Shown here: positions 51,470 to 60,396 of the stretch, piece by piece
Layout of the letters: every line of letters begins with the position of its first letter
Position numbering within the stretch: position 1 is the first letter of the stretch
Assembly: GCA_036267295.1 (NCBI GenBank)
Contig: DATAWI010000008.1
Span: 21,373-85,372 of the forward strand
Length of the DNA: 64,000 bases
From: Acidobacteriaceae bacterium
GTDB lineage: Bacteria; Acidobacteriota; Terriglobia; Terriglobales; Acidobacteriaceae
Direction of reading: 5' to 3'
Program-made: the position numbers and the translations under genes
The notes under the pieces: generated by a model
What the model saw: the letters and a program-made list of their open reading frames with translations, nothing else
The model's database searches: none
Told to the model about the DNA's origin: nothing

Positions 51470-52720
51470 ATGTCGGCTAGTCACGCAGTTTCCGATGCAG
51501 GTGCCCCCGCCCTTACGGATGAGCGTTGGGCTTTGGTGAACCGGATCGCCGTCAGTCACCACCTGAAGTCTTCCCCCCGCCTGAGAGAATTCCTGTTTTA
51601 CATCGCCCGATGCGCGATTCGGGATGCCCCGGAAGAGGCGACCGAGCAGCAAATCGGGATTCGCGTCTTCGGCCGGCACCCGGGGTATAACTCCAGCGAG
51701 GACAGCATCGTGCGCACCCATGCGCGTCTGCTGCGGCAAAAGCTGGCGGCCTATTTCGCGGAAAACGGCCTGACGGAAGAGCTGGTGATGGAGGTGCCCA
51801 AGGGGCACTATCTCCCGGTCTTTCGTCCGCGGACGGCCATAACGCCGGCGGCGAGCGACCAGGCGGCGGCAGAATTGCATCCCGTCCCGCTGGTCGGGGT
51901 CGCGGCGACCGTGACACCGCAGAGCAGGCGGCGGCCCTGGTGGTGGCTGGTCGCTGCTTTGCTCCCGGTGCTGGCGGCGGTGGCGATCCTGGTTTCGCAT
52001 CCGTGGCGGGCGGTGGTGAAAGCGGATTCCCCGGTCGACGTTTTCTGGCGGCCGTTTCTAGCGGCCGATCCCCCGCTGGTGATTTACAGCAACGCTCTGT
52101 TCCAGGGAAGCTCGGCCCAGGGCCTCCGGTACGCGTCGCAGGATGCGGCGAAGAATCCGGAAGCCGACGGCTACGTGGACACCTATACCGGCATCGGCGA
52201 ACTGGCCTCGGTCTACACCCTCACGCGCCTGTTTGACGCGCACCACGCCAACTTCATCCTGAAGCGGAGTTTGCTGGTCACCTGGGACGAGGCACAACTG
52301 CGGAACCTGATCTTCATCGGCGCCCGGGTGGAGAATCCGTCGCTGCGCGTGCTGCAGCCGACAACAGACTTCACCATGGTGGCGGGGGCGGACTCCGCAG
52401 GCGTGGTGAACGTGCATCCGCTGCCTGGCGAACCGGCCGTCTATTCACGGCCCGAGCATCCGCTGACCACGGACTATGCAATCCTGGCCCTCCAGCCGGG
52501 CGTACAGCCAGGGCGGCACATGCTGGTCTTCAGCGGACTCACGACCTTCGGAACCCAGGCCGCCGTGGACTTCGTTTGCCAGCCGGACAACGTGGCGCAG
52601 TTGCTGAAGAAAGTCACCGGGCCCAAAGGAGAGATTCGGCCCTTCGAGGCGGTCCTGCAGACGACCATTGGCGGAGGAGTTCCGCTGCAGACTCGGCTGG
52701 TGACGGTGCGGGTGCACTGA
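51470..52720 (+). CDS. membrane-anchored putative regulator (N-terminal winged-helix-like domain, one TM, periplasmic domain)
   Basis: The N-terminus ..SPRLREFLFYIARCAIRDAPEEATEQQIGIRVFGRHPGYNSSEDSIVRTHARLLRQKLAAYF.. resembles a recurrent DNA-binding-like module. The TM is RRRPWWWLVAALLPVLAAVAILV. It is divergent from the TonB-receptor operon. Confidence 0.6.
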   Translation: MSASHAVSDAGAPALTDERWALVNRIAVSHHLKSSPRLREFLFYIARCAIRDAPEEATEQQIGIRVFGRHPGYNSSEDSIVRTHARLLRQKLAAYFAENGLTEELVMEVPKGHYLPVFRPRTAITPAASDQAAAELHPVPLVGVAATVTPQSRRRPWWWLVAALLPVLAAVAILVSHPWRAVVKADSPVDVFWRPFLAADPPLVIYSNALFQGSSAQGLRYASQDAAKNPEADGYVDTYTGIGELASVYTLTRLFDAHHANFILKRSLLVTWDEAQLRNLIFIGARVENPSLRVLQPTTDFTMVAGADSAGVVNVHPLPGEPAVYSRPEHPLTTDYAILALQPGVQPGRHMLVFSGLTTFGTQAAVDFVCQPDNVAQLLKKVTGPKGEIRPFEAVLQTTIGGGVPLQTRLVTVRVH

Positions 52721-52751
52721 CTCGGCGCAGCGCATCGATCCCCCGCTTGCC

Positions 52752-53783
52752 TTATTGCACCGGTGCCAGCTTTAACTGATTGTCCAGGTGATTCTGGGCG
52801 GCCAGTTCGCTTTCTCGTCTGGCTGCGTTTTCCTGCCCGGCGAGCCGGTAGGCCTGCGCCAGCGAGGCGTGGGTGATGTAGTTGCCCGGGTCCATCTTCT
52901 CCGCGTGCTGCAGGTACATAATCGCGGTGCGAGCATCCTGGCGGCGGAGCAGGACGCGACCCATGAGAATGAACGGGCCGGTGCTGCTCATATCCAGCGC
53001 GAGGGCTTTGGTGAGCGCCTGCTGTGCGAGGTCCAGCTTGTTGACACGCAGGTAGACGTCGCCGAGACGTTCGTAGACTGGCGCGTACGAGGGGTTGAGG
53101 TGCTGCTCGGCTTCGAACTGGCGGATGGCTTCGTCGACGTTGGAGTCGAGGAGCGCGACTTCTCCAAGAAGAAAATGCGCCAGCGGAAGAGTGGGCGAAA
53201 GGTCGAGCGCCTTCTGCGCTTCGAGGGCCGCCTGCCGCGGCAAATTTGCACGATTGAGCATGGTGGCCAACAGGAGCCATGCAGGGGCCGAGTCCGGCGC
53301 TTCGCCGTACTGCGCGGCGAACGAAGCGCGCGCGTCGTCGTAGCGCTGCGCGTTCAGATAGCAGAGGCCAAGCACGTAGTTGGCGTCGGTGCCGGCGTCG
53401 GGGGTCCACTGGCGCACGCGCTCAAGAAACGGAATGGCGGCGGCGGGCTGGCCGAGGCGATAGAGGGTGAGGCCTTCCATCTGCACAGACTCGATGTCCT
53501 GCGGGTCCTGCTGCATGGCGGCCGTGAAAGCTTGGCGGGCTTCGACGAGTTTGCCCGTGCGATAGTACGCCAGGCCGAGCTCGCGTTCGACGCCCGCCGC
53601 CGCGGGCTGCCTCTGCGCCAGCTTTTGCAGAATGGCGATGGCGTCGTCCGGATGATCCTGCTCGAGGGCGGCGCGCGCTTTCGTCAAATCGTCGGAGGAG
53701 GAAGGCGCGGCAGCAGCGTGAGTTTGAGCGGCAAGCGGCACAACCATAGCAAGAAGAAAAAGGAACACTGCGCGGAATGACAT
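52752..53783 (-). CDS. secreted TPR-repeat protein
   Basis: 343 aa starting at MSFRAVFLFLLAMVVPLAAQ. It has multiple 34-aa TPR units (..LGLAYYRTGKLVEARQAF.., ..VLGLCYLNAQRYDDARASF.., ..LGDVYLRVNKLDLAQQAL..). The rest of track ORF 52752..55295 is antisense to the CRTAC1 gene. Confidence 0.85.
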   Translation of the reverse strand: MSFRAVFLFLLAMVVPLAAQTHAAAAPSSSDDLTKARAALEQDHPDDAIAILQKLAQRQPAAAGVERELGLAYYRTGKLVEARQAFTAAMQQDPQDIESVQMEGLTLYRLGQPAAAIPFLERVRQWTPDAGTDANYVLGLCYLNAQRYDDARASFAAQYGEAPDSAPAWLLLATMLNRANLPRQAALEAQKALDLSPTLPLAHFLLGEVALLDSNVDEAIRQFEAEQHLNPSYAPVYERLGDVYLRVNKLDLAQQALTKALALDMSSTGPFILMGRVLLRRQDARTAIMYLQHAEKMDPGNYITHASLAQAYRLAGQENAARRESELAAQNHLDNQLKLAPVQ

Positions 53784-53831
53784 AACGCACCAGCATACTG
53801 CGTAATGAAGGGTGGTAGTATTTGCGGGGTT

Positions 53832-55580
53832 ATGAGATTCGCGGGGATGTTCTGCGCGCTGATACTCTGCGCTTTGCTGATGGGAAGCGCAGCGGGCGCC
53901 CCACAGCACCCCGCGACGCACGATGCTCCGTACCCGGCGGGTGGGCAACACTCCGGTCCGGCATGGTTTGTGGATGTGGCCGCACAGGCCGGCCTGACGA
54001 TGCGCAACGTCAACGGCGAAGCGGACGCCAAGAACTACATCATCGAGACGACCGGCGGCGGTGTGGCGATTCTCGACTACGACCGCGATGGATGGCCGGA
54101 CATTTTCCTCACCAGCGGCCAGACGCTGGACGGCAAGCCCGATCACGGAACAATGCCGACGGGACACCTGTACCACAACAATCACGATGGAACCTTTACC
54201 GACGTCACGGCGCAGGCGGGGCTGACGGCGACCGGTTGGGCGCAGGGCGCGTGCGTCGGCGACTACGACAACGATGGCTACGACGATCTGTACGTGACGT
54301 ATTACGGGAAGAACCGGCTTTATCACAACGAGGGCAATGGGCGCTTCAAAGAAGTGGCCGAGCAGGCCGGCGTGGCCGGTGATGGGACGAAGTGGGGCAC
54401 CGGCTGCGCATTCGTCGATTACGACCGCGACGGCAAGCTGGATCTGGTGGTCGCGAACTACGTGCAGATGGATTTGAAGTCGCTGCCTAAACCAGGCGAA
54501 GGGATGATGTGCCTGTGGAAGAGCGTCGCGGTGGAATGCGGCCCGCGCGGGCTGCCGTACACGACCAATCTGCTGTATCGCAATCTGGGAGGCGGCAAAT
54601 TCGCCGATGTGACAAAGCCGAGCGGCATCGCGGCCACCAACGGGCACTATTGCCTGGGCGTCACCACGCTCGATTACAACCACGATGGCTGGCCGGATAT
54701 TTATGTGGCCTGCGACAGCACGCCGAGCATCCTGTATCGCAATAACCGGAACGGGACCTTCACAGACGTGGCCGTGGACGCGGGCGTGGCCTTCAGCGAC
54801 GACGGCGAAGAGCAGGCGGGGATGGGCGCGACGTCGGCAGACTACGACGGCGACGGGTGGCCGGATATCTTCAAGACTAACTTCTCCGACGACACATCGT
54901 CGCTCTATCACAACAATGGGAATGGCACTTACACCTCGACTATCTACGATGCCGGGCTGGGGCTCAATACCCACTATCTGGGGTGGGGCGCAATGTTTGT
55001 CGATGTGGATAACGATGGATGGCCGGATATCCTGGTGGCGAACGGCCACGTGTATCCGCAGGTGACGCCGGGGCTGGGGGCGACTTATCGCGAACCGCGG
55101 CTGCTCTACTGGAACCAGGGCAACGGGAAATTCAAAGACATGAGCGCGCAGGCGGGCCCGGGCTGCACAGAGCCGATGCCGAGCCGAGGTCTGGCGGTTG
55201 CGGATTTCTGGAATGACGGGCGCGAGTCGGCCGCGATCAGCGACATGGACGAAAAACCGCTGCTGCTGGTGAACGTGGCGGCCAACAGCCATCATTGGCT
55301 GGGAATTGCGCTCACCGGCACGCGGTCGAATCGCGATGGGATTGGAGCGCGCGTGACAGTAACAGCCGGCGGAAAAAAATGGACGCAGGAAGTGAGGAGC
55401 GGCTCGAGCTACCTCTCGTCAAGCGACCTGCGTTTGCATTTCGGACTGGGGGCGGCCACCGCCGTCGATCCCATCGATGTGAACTGGCCGAGCGGGCTGG
55501 AGGAAGAATTTCGCGGCGTGGCGGCCGATCGATTTGTGACGCTGGTCGAGGGGAGCGGCCTGGATGCGGCGAAACGGTAG
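53832..55580 (+). CDS. CRTAC1-family protein (FG-GAP/VCBS repeats plus ASPIC/UnbV C-terminal domain)
   Basis: Signal peptide MRFAGMFCALILCALLMGSAAG (alternative ATG at 53805). Repeated ..DYDRDGWPDIF.., ..DYDNDGYDDLY.., ..DYNHDGWPDIY.., ..DVDNDGWPDIL... The C-terminus reads ..NRDGIGARVTVTAGGKKWTQEVRSGSSYLSSSDLRLHFGLG... Confidence 0.9.
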   Translation: MRFAGMFCALILCALLMGSAAGAPQHPATHDAPYPAGGQHSGPAWFVDVAAQAGLTMRNVNGEADAKNYIIETTGGGVAILDYDRDGWPDIFLTSGQTLDGKPDHGTMPTGHLYHNNHDGTFTDVTAQAGLTATGWAQGACVGDYDNDGYDDLYVTYYGKNRLYHNEGNGRFKEVAEQAGVAGDGTKWGTGCAFVDYDRDGKLDLVVANYVQMDLKSLPKPGEGMMCLWKSVAVECGPRGLPYTTNLLYRNLGGGKFADVTKPSGIAATNGHYCLGVTTLDYNHDGWPDIYVACDSTPSILYRNNRNGTFTDVAVDAGVAFSDDGEEQAGMGATSADYDGDGWPDIFKTNFSDDTSSLYHNNGNGTYTSTIYDAGLGLNTHYLGWGAMFVDVDNDGWPDILVANGHVYPQVTPGLGATYREPRLLYWNQGNGKFKDMSAQAGPGCTEPMPSRGLAVADFWNDGRESAAISDMDEKPLLLVNVAANSHHWLGIALTGTRSNRDGIGARVTVTAGGKKWTQEVRSGSSYLSSSDLRLHFGLGAATAVDPIDVNWPSGLEEEFRGVAADRFVTLVEGSGLDAAKR

Positions 55581-55680
55581 GATCCGCGTCCGCGGCTTCC
55601 TCCAATATTCCTGACCCCGAGGTCCATCCGTCGCAACCCGTCGGCGCCTGCCTCCACGCAGGATGACAGCGGTCGATCGG

Positions 55681-57012
55681 CTATGGCTGCGGCTTGGCTG
55701 CAGGCGCGGATGCGGGCGCGGCAGCCTGCGGAGCTTTTTGCCCAGCGGCCGCCGCAGGCGTATCGGCGGGCGGAGGAGCGGCAGCCTTCTGGCGGCGCTC
55801 GGCGGCTTTCTTCAGTTCTTCTTCGTGTTTCGTCTTTTCGGCGGCTGCTTCCTCATCGGTCACGTAGCGGAATTCCTGCAGCCGGCCGGGATATTGTTCG
55901 GCGGTGAACACGCGATTCTGTTTGTCGATGGCGACGCCGACCAGCGCCCGGAACTGGCCGGGCAGATCGCCATGGCCGGTGCCGATATACGTCAACAGCT
56001 CGCCCTGCTGGTTAAAGACCTGCAGACGATCCTGCATTTCGTCAGCCACCCACACGTGGCCATCGCTGTCGACGGCGATGCCTTTGGGACGCGCGAAGTA
56101 GCCGGGACCGTCGCCGGGTTTGCCGAAAGTGCTGATAAAGGCGCCGTCAGCATCGAAAATTTCGACGCGGTCGTTGAGGGTGTCCGTCACCAGGACGTTG
56201 CCGTCCTTGTCGACGGCCACGCCCTGGGGCGCGGCGAAATCGCCCGGCGCAGTGAGGTAGTGGTTCTTGCCGCCGGTCCCCATGCGCCGCAGCAGCTTGA
56301 GCGTGTCGGCGTCGTAGACGAGCACCTGGTCCTGCTGGGTATCGACCACGTAGAGGAAGCGGTTGTTGCTGTCGATGGCGAGGCCCACGGGATCGGCCAG
56401 GCCCTCGGTGATCTGCCCCACCAGCGCGTGTTGCGGGCTGAAGATCAGCACCCGATGCATTTTGCCGTCGGAAACGAAGAGTCGGTCGTCGTCGTCGATG
56501 GCGAGGCCGTTGATCCAGCCGAAGTGCGCTTCAAAGCCGTTGCGGATAAGCTGCGTGTCATGGTTCGCGGGATTGAAGATGAAGACGGCGCCGACCTTTT
56601 GATCGGCAACGTAGACAAGGCCCTTGGAGTCGATGGCGATGCCCCAGGGACCGATCAGCTGGAAGGGGAAGGTCTTGGGGTTGAACTTTTCCTGGTCGGT
56701 CTGGCCGCCGGCGAGGCGATCCATCCAGGTCGGCTTCGGCTTGGCTTGATCGGCCGGAGTGTAATCGATCTTCTGCCCGGCAAAAAAATCGACCCAGTGG
56801 ACGCGCGCGATGTTGGGCGGACTCGGCCACACCAGCTTGGTGGGGTCGAAGGGAAACTTCTTCGGACCGGCGTCGGACGTTGTCGAGTCAGCAGCCGCCT
56901 TCTTTTTCTTGTCGGCGTGGGCGGCGAGCGGGAACGTCATACCCAGCGCGCACAGAAGTAGCGCAGCCAGGGCCCTGCGGTTGCGGTTGGAATGGTTGCG
57001 GACTCGGGACAT
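55681..57012 (-). CDS. NHL-repeat beta-propeller protein (secreted or lipid-anchored) with Ala/Pro/Lys-rich tail
   Basis: ATG 57012 with GGAG 9 nt upstream, 13 nt after the cytochrome stop. Signal peptide ..RALAALLLCALGMTFPLAAHA. Six NHL-like blades (..PWGIAIDSKGLVYVADQ.., ..GLAIDDDDRLFVSD.., ..PVGLAIDSNNRFLYVVD.., ..PQGVAVDKDGNVLVTD.., ..PKGIAVDSDGHVWVAD.., ..LVGVAIDKQNRVFTAE..). Confidence 0.85.
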   Translation of the reverse strand: MSRVRNHSNRNRRALAALLLCALGMTFPLAAHADKKKKAAADSTTSDAGPKKFPFDPTKLVWPSPPNIARVHWVDFFAGQKIDYTPADQAKPKPTWMDRLAGGQTDQEKFNPKTFPFQLIGPWGIAIDSKGLVYVADQKVGAVFIFNPANHDTQLIRNGFEAHFGWINGLAIDDDDRLFVSDGKMHRVLIFSPQHALVGQITEGLADPVGLAIDSNNRFLYVVDTQQDQVLVYDADTLKLLRRMGTGGKNHYLTAPGDFAAPQGVAVDKDGNVLVTDTLNDRVEIFDADGAFISTFGKPGDGPGYFARPKGIAVDSDGHVWVADEMQDRLQVFNQQGELLTYIGTGHGDLPGQFRALVGVAIDKQNRVFTAEQYPGRLQEFRYVTDEEAAAEKTKHEEELKKAAERRQKAAAPPPADTPAAAAGQKAPQAAAPASAPAAKPQP

Positions 57013-57025
57013 CGTCAATCTCCAG

Positions 57026-58546
57026 TTACTTCGGGGGAGCCGGGGAAATCGTTTCGTTCATATTGAGCCGGTTCTTGTGGCACATATCGCAGAAGGCCAT
57101 GTTGTTGGCCTGATCGTTCACCAGCAGGTCGGGCTGCATGGAAGCGTGCGGCTGGTGGCAGGAAAGACAGCTCAGCTTCGTCTTCACCTTCGTCTGATTG
57201 GTGGGGTCCATGACGTCGGAGACGGGATGGTATTCCACCGGGTGTCCGAGGCCGAAGCGCAGCGGGAGGACGGGCACCTTGTTCTTCTGGTAGTAGTCGC
57301 CGGGCAGCGTCACGGCGCCGTTGAAGATGGTGAGGTTGCCGTCAGCGGTCTTCTGCGGAACGGCGTCGGGGCCGTGACACTCCAGGCAGAGTCCGTTTCC
57401 CACCACGCGGAGGAGCTTCTCGTTATCGCCGCCGTGGGGCGTATGGCAGGTGCCGCAGCCCTCAGCGAACGCAGGCTGGTGGTGGAACGGCTTCTTGCGC
57501 AGGTCGTCAATGTCGGTGTGGCAGCCCGTGCAGATGCTGACGCCGTCGGTCTTCGGCAGGCCGGGCTCGTTGCTGGCGTGGGGGCTATGGCAGTCCGTGC
57601 AGTCGCCCATCGCGCCGGGGTGGGGCACTTTGGCAGAGGAGATGAGCTTGACCTGATCGTCGTGGCAGGTACCGCAGAGCGTTTTGATGTCCGTCTGGTT
57701 CAGGACCACTTTGCCGTCTTTAGCCGGCGCATGGCAGGTGTCGCAGCCGCCCGGCGCGAACGGCGGATGGACGAACTTCGCCATCAGCTTCGGCTGCGCG
57801 GACTGGTGAGGATCGTGGCACTCGAGGCAGTTGGCGGTGGCGAAGGGCTGATTATTGTGAGCTTTCTGCAGGTCGGCGTCTTTGGGGTCGTGGCAGTCGA
57901 GGCAGAGCGCGGGCGCCGATTTCGTGAGGTGGAAGCGATTCTCCGGCGTGGGGTCGGCGCCGGTTTTATGGGTGGTGTGGCAGGTGTCGCAGCCCATGTC
58001 CAGCGCGGGATGGCGGCTGCCTCCCGTCGGCACATTCAGCCCGGTCGAATGGCAGCCGAGGCAGAGATTTTCCTTTTCCCCGCCGGTTTCCGGCTTGAGC
58101 AGCTGGTTCTTGTTGTCGCTGACGTGGGGATCGTGGCAGGCCAGGCAGTCGCGCACCGCGGGGGGATGCACCGTGCCCTTGATGGTGGTTGCGTCCTTGT
58201 CGGCGTGACAGGTCAGACACAGCGAGTGCGGCGTCGCCGTGATCAGCTTGACGCGCGTGACGTCCTTGTTGACGCGGATCTCGTGGCAGCTCAGGCAGCC
58301 CATGGCCATAGCCGAGTGCACCGACTTTCCCTTGGTCTTGTCCTCGTGACATTCGAGGCATTTGGCTGGGTCGGTTTTGGGGTCGAGCGGCACCGGGTGG
58401 ATCTGCGCGGACACGCGACCGGCGCAGAGCGCGAGCAGGACGAGACACAGGAGGCGCGGCCAAACCACGGGGCGGACCCGGCGCCCAAGGTCAGCGCAGG
58501 CGCGGAGAACTGGCGGATTGATTCGGGTAGCCGTTTGCGAGGTCAT
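57026..58546 (-). CDS. 16-haem c-type cytochrome (cytochrome c3/c7-polymer-like)
   Basis: Signal/anchor ..VWPRLLCLVLLALCAGRVSAQ. I counted sixteen CXXCH motifs in the 506-aa translation: CLECH, CLSCH, CLTCH, CLACH, CLGCH, CDTCH, CLDCH, CLECH, CDTCH, CGTCH, CTDCH, CTGCH, CGTCH, CLECH, CLSCH, CDMCH. Confidence 0.9.
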   Translation of the reverse strand: MTSQTATRINPPVLRACADLGRRVRPVVWPRLLCLVLLALCAGRVSAQIHPVPLDPKTDPAKCLECHEDKTKGKSVHSAMAMGCLSCHEIRVNKDVTRVKLITATPHSLCLTCHADKDATTIKGTVHPPAVRDCLACHDPHVSDNKNQLLKPETGGEKENLCLGCHSTGLNVPTGGSRHPALDMGCDTCHTTHKTGADPTPENRFHLTKSAPALCLDCHDPKDADLQKAHNNQPFATANCLECHDPHQSAQPKLMAKFVHPPFAPGGCDTCHAPAKDGKVVLNQTDIKTLCGTCHDDQVKLISSAKVPHPGAMGDCTDCHSPHASNEPGLPKTDGVSICTGCHTDIDDLRKKPFHHQPAFAEGCGTCHTPHGGDNEKLLRVVGNGLCLECHGPDAVPQKTADGNLTIFNGAVTLPGDYYQKNKVPVLPLRFGLGHPVEYHPVSDVMDPTNQTKVKTKLSCLSCHQPHASMQPDLLVNDQANNMAFCDMCHKNRLNMNETISPAPPK

Positions 58547-58815
58547 CGAATGTCCAGACAGGTCCTGAGGAAGGCGCTATGGCCCCACTGTGCTCATTAA
58601 ATTCGCGGAGTTCCTCTCTGGCTGTGCGTTATATCACTTCGCGAGGTGGGGAGGCTGTATTTTCGCGGACGACGACGGCCGTCTGAAAAAGAACTTGAGG
58701 GGTGACCGGAATTGGGAATCGGAGGACTGTTCCGGGAACGATCACTGCCGGCGCCCTTTCACGGGCGAGGAATCGGAAGCCGATGAGCTGAGTACGCACA
58801 GGGAGGCTCGATTCG

Positions 58816-59682
58816 GTGAATCGCATCGTTTGGCTGGCAGGGATATGGGTGAGCGCCGCAGGGATCGCGGCTGCGCAGATGGTTGCGCCGTCGACGGACG
58901 TGCTGGGGGCTCATCTGAACTATGGACGAGGTTGCGTAGCGTGCCACTCGCCGCACAGCGGAGCGTCCGGGAATGGCGGGGCGAAGTCCGCGGGCTCCGG
59001 TCCGGGATCGGTAGCGCTCTGGGGCGAGGATGCTTCCAGCCTCTATGGCAAAACCATTTCCACCGACGGCGGCAAGTTTGTGGAGGTACTGCCCACCAGC
59101 ATGACGGCGGGCACACCCGATGTGGGCGGGATGCTGACCTGCCTGAGCTGCCACGACGGCAACTACGCCCAGGCGGCGATGATGAAGAACCGGATCTACG
59201 AGGCCTTGCCGCCCACCTACGGCGCTGCGAATGCGGTGCCGACGCTGATCGGCGGCAGCGGCACGGGAGCAACGAGCTATCTGAGCGAGCATCCCTCCGG
59301 CCTGAGCGCGACCATCGACTGCGGAGGCCCTGCGAACTGGGACTGCACCGAGAACAACGGCATCGTCAGCATGACCGGGCAAAACTCAAGCCGGTTTGTG
59401 GCCAGCTATGGCTTCTTTGTGAAGCCGGGGAGCTATAACAACAAAGCCGTCGTAGTGTGCACCACCTGTCACGAACCGCATGTGATGAACGTGGTCACGG
59501 TGCGCAGCGGTTCGGGGTCGGGACTGCCGGCGGGAAACTACGCAACGATGTTTTTCCTGCGCGCGCCTTATAACCCCAATGATCCGAATCCTCTGTCGAA
59601 CCAGACCGCGCAGTTTTGCCGCCAGTGCCACGCAGACAAGTCGAACGAGATGAACGGAAGCTCCGCGCGCACGGTGTTTTAA
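58816..59682 (+). CDS. tetrahaem c-type cytochrome, secreted
   Basis: GTG start with GGGAGG about 10 nt upstream. Signal peptide MNRIVWLAGIWVSAAGIAAAQ. Four CXXCH motifs (CVACH, CLSCH, CTTCH, CRQCH). Confidence 0.85.
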   Translation: MNRIVWLAGIWVSAAGIAAAQMVAPSTDVLGAHLNYGRGCVACHSPHSGASGNGGAKSAGSGPGSVALWGEDASSLYGKTISTDGGKFVEVLPTSMTAGTPDVGGMLTCLSCHDGNYAQAAMMKNRIYEALPPTYGAANAVPTLIGGSGTGATSYLSEHPSGLSATIDCGGPANWDCTENNGIVSMTGQNSSRFVASYGFFVKPGSYNNKAVVVCTTCHEPHVMNVVTVRSGSGSGLPAGNYATMFFLRAPYNPNDPNPLSNQTAQFCRQCHADKSNEMNGSSARTVF

Positions 59683-59723
59683 CAGACGGCAAAGCGGGAA
59701 ACGGCGACCGCCTGGCCGCGGCG

Positions 59724-59786
59724 GGCTTTCCCCTTCTGCGGCATAGCTTTACCCTTCTGCAACACGGCTTTGCCCTTCTGCGACAT
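59724..59786. repeat. three tandem 21-nt direct repeats
   Basis: ggctttccccttctgcggcat / agctttacccttctgcaacac / ggctttgcccttctgcgacat. They lie 42 nt downstream of the tetrahaem cytochrome stop. Confidence 0.9.
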
Positions 59787-60396
59787 GGATCGCGAATTCC
59801 GGCCCGCCAGCCACCGGGCCGGATTCGCTCCGGTGCGGAGCGGAGCGGCGCGGCCGGATCAGCCCACATCTCGTCGCGCGGTCAAACCCAGGAAGCAAAC
59901 GTGTCTCACGAATTGTCCCCGCAATCACTCGATGCGCGATGCCTGCGCCGGATCGATGGAGGCGGCGCGGCGTGCCGGGATCATTCCCGCGAGTGCTGCC
60001 GCAGCGCCGAGCGTTGCGATGGCAGACGAAAATAAGAGCAAGTTCGCGTCCAAACGAATGCAGCGTCAAGGTGCTGAAAAAATTGGGGTAGCGGGGATAA
60101 CGGAGCGTGCGGATTGTTCACTTATGAAGAACGGCTGTCCGAAAAGGGACACACGTGTCGAAAATGGACTCCGCATGAAGAAGTCGTTAAGAAACCGCGA
60201 GAATCCATGCGATCATTTCCCAGAGATTCCGAGCGCGCCAGGAGGCGTCGTCGAAGCTTCCGCGATGTTGGCCGCTCCGAACTTCGAGCGGCGCTCATTT
60301 TGGCGAGATAAGCTGGAACCATCCAGAATCAGTCGTTGATTTGTCGCGCATCTCCGTCCGTTCGCGTTCCCGGCGGACCACTTTTGAGAGGTACCC

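Noticed and set aside
53784-55295. 5' two-thirds of ORF 52752..55295(-)
   Set aside because: It is antisense to the well-supported CRTAC1-family gene. The real TPR protein starts with a signal peptide at the internal ATG 53783.
60087-60103. GGTAGCGGGGATAACGG resembles part of the P2 arm of c-di-GMP-I (GEMM-I) riboswitches; a cobalamin riboswitch upstream of the TonB-type receptor was also considered
   Set aside because: I could not find the other conserved GEMM-I elements (the ACGCAAAGCC-type region and the tetraloop/receptor pair) or a B12 box. The resemblance rests on one short word only.
59770-60339. 189-aa ORF (+) in the long gap before the receptor gene
   Set aside because: It has no SD or family signal. 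Its Arg/Ala/Ser-rich composition is patchy, and it crosses the A/T-richer segment and the terminator-like hairpin. It is more likely non-coding.
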